NCBI GenBank assembly: GCA_051294375.1
Contig: CM119271.1
Location: 5,183,838 to 5,234,802 of the forward strand
Length of the DNA: 50,965 nucleotides
DNA from: Paraspadella gotoi
Lineage: Eukaryota > Animalia > Chaetognatha
Reading direction: 5' to 3'
The position numbers were made by a program, and so were the translations under genes. Shown one piece after another: positions 39,471-49,500 of the stretch; within the stretch, counting starts at the first letter, position 1; the number at the start of each line of letters is the position of its first letter. Below the pieces are notes generated by a model. The model made no database searches. It was not told the origin of the DNA and saw nothing but the letters and a program-made list of their open reading frames with translations.

Positions 39471-40424
39471 TGATGGTTTTGGTAGCTAAATCTCTCTTCA
39501 CTGTATATTTTTTTTTCTCGGGTTTTTTTTTTTTTGCGCGAATTCGAATCTGCATTTCAAAACCGAACATATTTCGATTTTGTTTTTTCCTTTTATTCTC
39601 GAAAATTAAAACAACAACAAGAAGAAAAAACAATCACAACAACAACAAAAACGGCAATTTGAAATAAGGAAGTCAGCTCTTTTTTTTTATTTCATTTTTG
39701 GTTTGACGTCATCTATATTTGTCTGCACCTCGTCCCTTTTTATGTTTTAAAAAAAAATTTTAAAAAATTATCTATTTATTATATTACGCCGCCCTTTTTT
39801 CTCTTCTCTCCTCTTGTTTATTTTTTCTATATTTTTTTTAATATTATTTCATTATCGTTAGTAATTTGATACGTCGCTCAAAAGCCAACGAACTTCACAA
39901 AAATCTTGAAATTATCGTACTTCTCAGAACGCCCGACATGAGCATTTTTAGTATTTTCAATACTGGCGGCAATAACCTTTTTCTAATGGAGACTATTTAA
40001 AAACCTCCATATTTTTCGAAGCGACTCGCCGTAGAACTAAGCTCGCCGTGACTAATCTAAAAAAAATAAGGCGTTTTCTTAAAAAAAAGAAAAAAAGAAA
40101 AAAAAAAGGAAATCGATATAATTAGGTCAATTCCAAATCTAAACTGAAATGAAAGGATTTTGATAAAACTTAAAACGCTTAATATGTTTTTCATGTCAGA
40201 AAAATACCTCTTAAAATTGAATTTTCTGGCGCAAGAATTTCTTTCCTAAATCCGACCAGATTGATTCTCATTTGACTCACTCAAGAACTAATATGATTTA
40301 TTTTTATTAAATAAAAACAATGTTCAGAAACATGATAGATCTAAAAACGTTTAAACTGTAACAATTCCTTTTGTTCTTCTTCTAGCTAAAGGTTATTTTC
40401 TTTACCTCGTAATTCCCCTCTCTC

Positions 40425-40501
<77 letters not shown>

Positions 40502-41258
40502 CTTGAGAGAGCTCTACTTTCTTTTCTTTTTTTTTGCCCCGATTTCATTTTCTTTCTTTTTTTCCCCTTCTTTCTTTTCCGAATTTTCGTCAAAGTTAAA
40601 TCAAATTTTTCGCTGATGACGCACAATTTTTTTTCCTTTTTCAATTTTTTTCTTTTTTTTTTTGGTGAATCGAAAAAGAATTTTTTTTCTTCTTCTATGG
40701 ATAAAGAAAAGATTAAAAGGAAACGAGGAAACGAAATGAGGAGGAAAAGAAAAGAAACGACGACGACGACGACGAAAAACAAGATGATGACGACGACGAT
40801 GAAGCAGAAGAACGACGACGACGACGATAACGACGACGACGACGACGACAACGACGACACCAACGACGACGAAAACCAAGAAGATCATTGAATTCGACAA
40901 AGAAGAGGAAGAGGAAGACATTAATGCGTCAAGAATTAAAGATCGAGCGCGAAAAACAGATAAAAAAACAACATGGTTTTCTATATATATAATATATATA
41001 ACTAATTAGACTTACTATAAATTGACACAAAAATATAAGACGCAACAGCAATTTCTTCATTCGTCATTTAAGCTCGAAATTTTAACTTTGAGGCAATTTA
41101 TTGTAAATCTCATCTATAATTTATAAACTTGCAAGTTTTGGATAGAAGTTTGTGTACGTACATAAATTTAAAACTCAGTAGGTGTAAAAAAAATCGTACG
41201 GATTACAGTGTGAAGAAAAAAAAATAATGTGAAAAGCATGAGAATTATTGTGGAAGAC

Positions 41259-41418
41259 GATGCCGCGAGCTGGTCACCGCAAGGGCCCGAACTTCGGATC
41301 GGGCGGTAGTCCGTCACTACAGGTGGGTAACACGCCCCGTCGCGCTTTCTTGCGTGAATCAGCAGGGCGAGAAGACGAGTCCCTTAGGCTGGGAGGAACT
41401 CGTGCTACCTGAGGCGTC
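41259..41418 (+). ncRNA. Candidate structured RNA of unknown class
   Basis: GC-rich island in AT-rich DNA. Closing stem GAUGCC(41259)/GGCGUC(41413); GCCCGA-a-C(UUCG)G-a-UCGGGC hairpin; CC(GCAA)GG; GUAGU/ACUAC; AGGUGG/CUACCU; GCCC/GGGC; CGCGC/GCGUG; ACGAG/CUCGU; UCCC/GGGA. Confidence 0.3.
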
Positions 41419-41677
41419 ATACGAGTAACAATAAATCGAAAAAGTTCAGAAACAAGGAAAAAGTTGAAAAAACAAGTTTGAGCAAACAATGTCGGAACTG
41501 CCTACGATAATTAAGCGGTATTAAGCTAAGGTGATAAGATAAATCATGGTTATTTTTTTGTAATTTTTTGTAATTTTTTGTGATTATAACAAATTATAAC
41601 AGACTTCTTAATAAATCTAGAAAAAACCTATAAATCAATATTGATCTATCAATAATTACTAGTAGCTGTGCCAATAC

Positions 41678-42261
41678 CAACTTGCATAATTTGGTCAACT
41701 TTCATAGTTTAATCAACTTGCATAATTTAATCAACTGGCATAATTTGGTCAACTGACATCATTTGGTCATCTGGCATAATTTAGTCTCCAGGGTCAATAG
41801 GCATAATATGGTCAATTGGCATAATTTGCTCAACTGGTATATTTTTTAAACTTGCCAAATGTTGTCAACTGGCATAATTTGGTCAACTGATGTAATTTGG
41901 TCAAGTGACCTAATTTGGTCAACTGGCATAATTTGGTCAACTGGTATAATTTGGTCAATTGGCATAATTTGGTCAACTGGCATAATTTGGTTAATTTGCT
42001 TAATTTGGTCATCTGACATAATTTGGTCAACTGGCATAATTTAGCAACCACATAATTGGGTCAACTTGCATAATTCAATCATTTTGCATAATTTAATCAA
42101 CTGGCATAATTTAATCAACTTGCATTATTTTGTCAACTGACATAATTTGGTTAACAGGCATAATTTGGTCAACTTGCATTATTTGGTCAATTGAAGTAAT
42201 TTGGTCAACTGGCATATGTTTGTCAACCGGAATAATTTGGTCAACTGGCATAATTTGGTCA
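41678..42261. repeat. 18-bp minisatellite (GGCATAATTTGGTCAACT)n, ~30 copies
   Basis: Direct tandem units with point variants and no unique spacers; gives the TKLCQL/STGIIW pseudo-ORFs. Confidence 0.92.
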
Positions 42262-42314
42262 ATCATCAATCATCAATCAATCAAACATTCAATCAAACAA
42301 TCGATCAATCAAAC

Positions 42315-42354
<40 letters not shown>
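42258..42354. repeat. (CAAT)n microsatellite
   Basis: caatcaatcaat tract seen directly. Confidence 0.9.
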
Positions 42355-42355
<1 letters not shown>

Positions 42356-42490
42356 GAGAGAAATAGAGAGAAACTTTTAAAAATTGAAATAAATGTGTAT
42401 TTTGGTTTTGTATTTTAAACTCTTTTCCACTCCTACAATTCCATCGAAACTTTACATCCAGCTCAATCATATATATATGAAATCAAAATA

Positions 42491-42690
42491 ATGTGGTATT
42501 CCTTTCGTTTCGTTGTGTTTTGGTGTTTTAGTGAAAACAAAGTTTAGAGTTTGTACTACAACGATTTTTTATTTAATATAAACAGACATGTTTCGACTCT
42601 TGTTCGAGCCTTAAAACACTGATGAAGGCTCGAACAAGAGTCGAAACATGTCTGTTTATATTAAATAAAAAATCGTTGTAGTACAAACTC
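42491..42690 (+). mobile_element. Non-autonomous Penelope-like element remnant (inverted pseudo-LTR) with 13-bp TSD
   Basis: TGAAATCAAAATA flanks both sides (42478-42490 and 42691-42703). There is a perfect 67-bp inverted repeat 42546-42612 / 42625-42691 with a 12-nt loop, and a minimal hammerhead typical of Penelope-like element pseudo-LTRs. Confidence 0.75.
42614..42657 (+). ncRNA. Minimal type I hammerhead ribozyme (Penelope-type)
   Basis: Stem I AAACA/UGUUU; core CUGAUGA (42619-42625) plus an extra A; stem II GGCUC-GAACAA-GAGUC; GAAA (42643-42646); palindromic mini stem III ACAUGU; cleavage triplet GUC (cut after C42652). Confidence 0.85.
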
Positions 42691-43316
42691 TGAAATCAAA
42701 ATATTAATTTACAAAGTCTAGAAAACATTGAAAGGAATGAGGCAAATGCAGTCGAGCCTTGATAAATTTAAAAATAAACGTTTTAAAATCTCCGGTTTCA
42801 GACTCGAATTCATCAAGTTATTGTAAATCACTTTAGTGATTGTAAATTTTGTAAATTTTTGCAAGGAATCAAAATCCGATCTTAAAATTTAAAAATTTGC
42901 ATTTTGAAATCTTAGCCTATCATATACTTATTACTATACATGATTATAGCTCACTGGTGCCCACTAATGTATAAAATTGGAAGAAATAAATTTACGCAAA
43001 TATTTTTATTGGTTTTTATTTTCATTTCTATAAGCTAAATTTTAATTTTATAAAATTTTATTATTTTCACATCACCTACTCCTTAAGGCCTTAGTCATGA
43101 GACTCCTGTTTTCGTTATTTCTGGGAAATGATCAAATGGAAGAAAAGCGTTCGTGTCTTCTCCTTTTTAAGTATTTCCCAGATTTCTCCTTGCATCGGTG
43201 GATATCGAAACGAGAAAGTCATCGCTCTCTGTTCTTCATTGATTCTCATTTTTGATCCATGGTCCTTCGGCACAGATATATAATTTATATATATATATAT
43301 CATATATTCTGTAAAA

Positions 43317-44899
43317 ATGCCGCCAAATCAAAGACCGGAAAAAAACGCGAAAATTGAATTTGAACATCATCTTAGACTGCTTCGCCGAGGCTTTGAAACC
43401 GACTCCAAATGGGTCTCGGACGCCAATGAGATCCGGCAACGCATTGAGAAGCTGCTTCGCGAAGGAGCGCCAGAGCTTCGAAACGCCCGATACAAGCTCG
43501 TGGGCGGACTCTCCAAAGGCCACCTCGACGCGCTTGAAGGCCGACGTGGACGTCGTCGTTTATTACAAGGACGACGAGCGAAACATCCCGCGCGAAAAGG
43601 TCGTCAAGATAATGCATGGACGTTCTCCTGCAAATCTACTAAATTTGAAAGCGATCGACTTTAAGGCGACGCGATTTTATTCTTCACTTTACTTCGAAGG
43701 AATTCCGCTGGATCTGGTCCCCGTCCGCGACAGGCGTCGAGGGGTGGCCGAACCATCTGAGGAACAGGGAAAGAAGACGTTCAAGAGGCCCTCGATCCTG
43801 CGACCTGAAGGAAGCCTCTCGGAATCTCACTCTCTCTTGGCAGAGCAAAGAATGGATGAAAAAAGCAACCGCCAGACCGGTCCATTTGGCGCGGTTGGCG
43901 AAATTTTGGTCGCGAGACAGTTCTGTTCGGATGAATCGTCCACGGCAAGGCTACTTATTCGAATTGCTCGCCGTCCGGGCTTACTGGGACGTTGAATCTA
44001 CAGAAGTCGCGTTTTCGATGATCAAATGTTTTGGTTGGCTGGTTCTTATCTTCGTCGAGGATTTCCGAGAAACGAGTATCGTCTTCGGAAAAAGGGAAAA
44101 CTGTTCTTACACCCGAGAGAAAATCCCGCCCCGCATATCGGCCCAACATCCATTGCTGATGGACCCCGTCAACCAATTTGCCAATTTGCTGGACATCGAA
44201 GACGAGAGGCTGAAGGACATGTTTTTCGGAGTGATGGGCAACGCCGCCCGGGTGACCCGCAAAAGGCTCGACGAGTTGGGCCCCAAACTTCAACCCATTT
44301 CGGTCCTTGGCGAGGTTTTCCGACCGAAAAATAAATTCATTAAAATTATAAAGGACGTTAAGGTGAGACCTCTATCGGAGCCCCTCAAGTTCCCGCGGGC
44401 GCGAATCGAAAAATTGATCGTTTCCGACTCTGACAAAAAAAAGTGCAAGAATTTGTTGGAATCGTTGATGCTGAACGTGAGCGCCGTCGTGTTTACTGAA
44501 GTGTGGAAAGATTTGGAAAAAGTCGACGAAGATGACAATCACGACGACGACTCTTACGACGAAGGGATCCAATCCTCGCTGATCACTCGGGATGCCGGTT
44601 CGGCGGACAGATTCGACGACATCTTGCAAAGAGCCGTCAAATCAGCGGCCGATTTCCTCGGCGACAAGGCGACGACGACGACGACGACGACGACAGAAAT
44701 GGAGATGAATTCGGAAGAGAGCCATTGTTCCTTGCAAATCCCCGTGGACGAAAACCGAAGCATCGAAGTTTTTTTCAATTTAAAGTCGGAATGGGTCAAA
44801 AGCATTGCGGGTCCTCCGGAAGAATATTATCGAGCGAATTTAAAATGGAATCGTATTTTGGGGCTTTTATTGTGTTTGGGAAAAAGAATCCAAAGTTAA
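43317..44899 (+). CDS. 2'-5' oligoadenylate synthetase-like nucleotidyltransferase (Pol-beta NTase + OAS1_C-like domain + unknown C-terminal extension), intronless and frameshifted in this assembly
   Basis: Joining frames gives ILDCFAEALKPTP/KWVSDANEIRQRIEKLLRE...LVGGLSKG/TSTRLKADVDVVVY (cf. OAS1 [21 protein letters not shown]; Asp codons at 43543 and 43549)...GIPLDLVP (third Asp, 43711)...HLARLAKFW...GYLFELLAVRAY...F...PLLMDPVNQFANLL (cf. LIRLVKHW, YALELLTxYAW, PxILDPADPTxN). Frameshifts fall at short runs near 43350, 43408, 43521 and ~43850-43865. Confidence 0.85.
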
Positions 44900-45257
44900 T
44901 GAAAGATAAAATGGTAAAATTAAAAGAACTGAAACTAAATGATAAACTGGAAAACTACCAAAAACTTTGGGTGAAAACTCTCACTTTTAACACGCTTTCA
45001 TTGTGATATTTGATGTTCACCGCTGTTCACAATTTACACATTGGCGACGAAAATATACCATTTGTGCCAGAAAAGTATTGTAAAACACATAAAGAATCGA
45101 ATTGTAAACACATATATTGTTTTTCTTTTTTAAATTAAGTAGCCACTTAAGACGAGACTATCAAGGTCCATCATTGATATACTGAGTTAGAAATTTTATT
45201 TTTTCCTTTTTTTATTTTTTTCTCTTTTTATTGTTTTCGGTTTTTATTTCCTTATTC

Positions 45258-45288
<31 letters not shown>

Positions 45289-45832
45289 GATGCTGTTTTC
45301 TCGTTTCTTGGTCTTATCTGTCTTTCTTGGTCTTTCTTCTTTTTTTTTTTTTTCCCTTTTTTTTCCCCTTTTTCGCCCCGCCCTTGTCTTTATTTTTTGC
45401 TTTTGCTTTGCTTGTCTGTTGCCTTATGCTTTCTTTCTTTCTTTGTTCTTATCTTGATCTTTCTTTGCTTTCTCTTCTCTTGCGTCGTTCTTGCGGTTGC
45501 TCTTCATCTTCTGCTTCTGCTCTCTTATTGCTTGTTAGGGGCAAATTTTGGGTTTTCCTCTCTCTCGTTTTTCTTTATCTTTTTTTTCCTTTGTTTTTTA
45601 TTATCCTGCCTCTCAGGTGCTTGATTTCCACGTTTTCCCCTTGAAACTCGAAGTCAAACGAGCGTTGAATTAACGAAACGATTTTTTTTCTTGTCGTTTC
45701 GCATCCACGCGCCTGATCTTTCGCCTGTTCCTTCAATTATTTTTTTCTGGAAGGATTTTTATGCTTTATTCTGTCAAAATTTAGTTGTTTTAATTCTCGT
45801 TGGACTTGTTTGTTTTTAAAGTTAGATTTTAG

Positions 45833-45953
45833 GATACGATTCACATCAATACTCCATGAGAAGGGTTTATTTAACATAAACATAAACATAAACATAGAAT
45901 TATGAATACGATTCACATAAATACTCCATGAGAGAGGTTTATTTAACATAAAC
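45833..45953. repeat. Short tandem duplication (~47-bp unit x2) separated by (ATAAAC)n
   Basis: ATACGATTCACAT.AATACTCCATGAGA..GGTTTATTTAACATAAAC occurs twice. Confidence 0.85.
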
Positions 45954-46232
45954 GTTTTTTTTTTAAAAGTTAAAAAGGGCAGTGTAATAGTAACGGACAA
46001 AGTAACTATTCTTTGCGCCGCGGTGTACAATAAATAAGGCACTCTACCCGCGGCGTAATCAAGGGTCCAACGCGGTCGTTACAGCGGGACCGGCAAAAGC
46101 GTAAATTCCCTACAGGCGAGTCTGATATTCTTCAAACGTGCGGCGATTTTAACGTGCATCATAATCGGGATGGTAATTGTTAAAAGACTGATTAAGTCGT
46201 GGAGGCGGAGAGAGAAGAGAGAGAGAGAGAGA

Positions 46233-46309
<77 letters not shown>

Positions 46310-46437
46310 CCTGCCTCTCTCCTGTTTTTTTTTCGCTGCTTCCCCGTCGCTGTCATCTTTTTCCCTTGCTCTTCCGCTCGTCTTCGTTTGCTGCCCTCTC
46401 TCTCTCTCTCCTTATTCTCTCGCTTGCCCCTTTGCTC

Positions 46438-46525
46438 TCCGCGCGCCCCGGGCCCGTCCCCGGCCCACGGGCACCGTCCCCCCCCCGACGGCACCGCCCC
46501 CCTAGGCACCGCCCGCGGACGCCAT
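46438..46525. promoter_or_regulatory. GC/CpG-rich patch with repeated GGCACCG motifs and G-runs on the minus strand
   Basis: GGCACCG x3, CCGCCC GC-box x2 and C-runs. Function is only inferred. Confidence 0.2.
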
Positions 46526-49500
46526 GTTCGCATTTTGCGCTAATCGCCTTTACATAGATTTGCTTTCTGTTAAAAGCGGACAGATGGTCTTGCGAAGGGT
46601 CCTTTGCACATCAAATGGTCGGTGGTGGTTTGGTCGGAAAAGGGTGGTGGTGGTGGTGGTTTGAGGAAAAGGGTGGTGGCGGTGCTTGTGTGGTGGTTTC
46701 GAAGTTTGAGGTGGTTTCGGGGGACAGTTTATTTTTTTTTTATATTGCGCGATATAAATCTTATTTTATGAATTAGCGTCCTAATGATGGTAAGTTTGTT
46801 AAACCTTTCAGGAGGCTAATTTTAAATGCGTTAAAGTTTTAGAAATTATCGGTAATGAGCTCGCTAAAATCATTTCCTAAATTGATAGAATTTATCTTTT
46901 AACTATGGTAACGAATTAATCAATTCGTTTATGAATAAGTTTCTACCGGGTTTTCCAGATTTTTTAAATAAAAATTGGATGTAGAATATTTTTAAAATTG
47001 ACAATATTTTAAGTTTACCATAACGTTATACAATTATTTATGATAATTAATAATTAACTCTACGTATCTAAACTACATCGATCCCCCAGCGTATATTTGA
47101 GAATGAAAGATTCCCTCTCACATTTTTACATTTCCTTCACACCCCAAACACAGTCCATCTTTCTCTCTAACTCGTTCTCCCCCTTTTTCCAAAAAATCTC
47201 CTAAAAACGTCCAAACTTTTTTATTTTCTTTTTCTTTTCTTTTTTTTTTCAGGGCGGAAGGGGGAAAGACTGTATTTTGGTTAAGGAACGCCGTCTCGTA
47301 TTTTAATTCATATATGATTCATATTATGAAAGGCGTGTAGCGTGTTTTTTTTTCTTTGCATAAAGGGTTTTTTTTTTTTGGTTTTTTTGTTTTTACATTT
47401 TTTTTAATTGGTTTTTCTTCGGGCCCCTTACGGCACAGTTAAAAAAAAAAAATTTCTTTTTTTTCTTATTATTTAGTTTCCGTGCGTCATGAAAGTTTAT
47501 TCATTCCTTCTCACAAAGAAAAACTGGTCCTTTTGTTGAGAAATAAAAACTAAAAAAAAAAAACACGAAAAACAAAACAAAAATTGAAATGAATTGTTAA
47601 AATCACGAGAACTCGGCCCAGAGTCTCGGGATTTTGTTGCGATAGTAAATAGTTAGTTTTAATTTGCACAGGATTAAGACTTAACTTAAGTAGTAATATT
47701 TGTCCACTATGATCTTTTGTTAAACCAAGTACCCATACCATTAACATCACCATTCTTAGATTTAATCTCAGAATCCATCTCATTGCTCTCAACCCCCAAA
47801 ACACGCCCACCCCACCGACTCTTCCAACGACTTTCTCCCCACCCCCGCCCTCGTTTTAAAGGNNNNNNNNNNNNNNNNNNNNNNNNNNNNNNNNNNNNNN
47901 NNNNNNNNNNNNNNNNNNNNNNNNNNNNNNNNNNNNNNNNNNNNNNNNNNNNNNNNNNNNNNNNNNNNNNNNNNNNNNNNNNNNNNNNNNNNNNNNNNNN
48001 NNNNNNNNNNNNNNNNNNNNNNNNNNNNNNNNNNNNNNNNNNNNNNNNNNNNNNNNNNNNNNNNNNNNNNNNNNNNNNNNNNNNNNNNNNNNNNNNNNNN
48101 NNNNNNNNNNNNNNNNNNNNNNNNNNNNNNNNNNNNNNNNNNNNNNNNNNNNNNNNNNNNNNNNNNNNNNNNNNNNNNNNNNNNNNNNNNNNNNNNNNNN
48201 NNNNNNNNNNNNNNNNNNNNNNNNNNNNNNNNNNNNNNNNNNNNNNNNNNNNNNNNNNNNNNNNNNNNNNNNNNNNNNNNNNNNNNNNNNNNNNNNNNNN
48301 NNNNNNNNNNNNNNNNNNNNNNNNNNNNNNNNNNNNNNNNNNNNNNNNNNNNNNNNNNNNNNNNNNNNNNNNNNNNNNNNNNNNNNNNNNNNNNNNNNNN
48401 NNNNNNNNNNNNNNNNNNNNNNNNNNNNNNNNNNNNNNNNNNNNNNNNNNNNNNNNNNNNNNNNNNNNNNNNNNNNNNGGATTGGGGATTGAGCAATTTC
48501 AAGGCGTTGCGCTACAGTGACTTTCTTACGAGGACGAATTTTCCAACGATCACGTGACCACACAATTATGAAACGTATGAGCAAGAAGCATCTTTTAGTT
48601 TATTAATTATCTGGTAGATATCAAGTAAAAAAAAAAGGAAAATTCAACGTATTACACGAGTAATAAGCTTTGAAAACGTAAGTGGGAAAGGCTGACTGAT
48701 TGACAGACGAACAGACAGACAGACAGACAGACAAGGTCGCTTATTGTAAATTTCGCTTATTGTAAGGGGCAGTAGCAGAAAGCGTCCCAGGGTAGGTGGA
48801 GAGCAGTCGCCGGTGGAGGTCGAGTTCTTTGATGTCGTCGTCGNNNNNNNNNNCGTCGTCGTCTCATAATTCGATGATGTTTCGCTGACATAAGAAAAGG
48901 CGGGGCTCAGAACTCGAAGCTAAATACCGAGAGACATAAAAACAACGCAGGGGAAAAAAAACAGTCCATAAAAGTGGGTCGTTATCATTATCATAAAAAC
49001 CTGTGGATACAATAAATGNNNNNNNNNNNNNNNNNNNNNNNNNNNNNNNNNNNNNNNNNNNNNNNNNNNNNNNNNNNNNNNNNNNNNNNNNNNNNNNNNN
49101 NNNNNNNNNNNNNNNNNNNNNNNNNNNNNNNNNNNNNNNNNNNNNNNNNNNNNNNNNNNNNNNNNNNNNNNNNNNNNNNNNNNNNNNNNNNNNNNNNNNN
49201 NNNNNNNNNNNNNNNNNNNNNNNNNNNNNNNNNNNNNNNNNNNNNNNNNNNNNNNNNNNNNNNNNNNNNNNNNNNNNNNNNNNNNNNNNTCATCGTAAAA
49301 GGGAATATAATTCTTTCATTATTACGATCGTAAGACACGAAAGAAACCAGTGGCCGCACTAAGGAATGTGAATCGCAGAACATCTTTTCCTATCTTGTAA
49401 AGTTGAGATTTTTGATGATTTCAAGATATTTTTTTGTTGTTGATATTTCAGTTTTTACCACTGCAATTTTTTAGGGTATCCCAGCATAGAGAATGATAAT

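Noticed and set aside
41326-41345. SSU rRNA-like word GTAACACGCCCCGTCGC
   Set aside because: Short imperfect match with no flanking rRNA similarity.
41678-42261. CRISPR-like array
   Set aside because: Contiguous 18-bp units without unique spacers, no cas genes, and a eukaryotic context.
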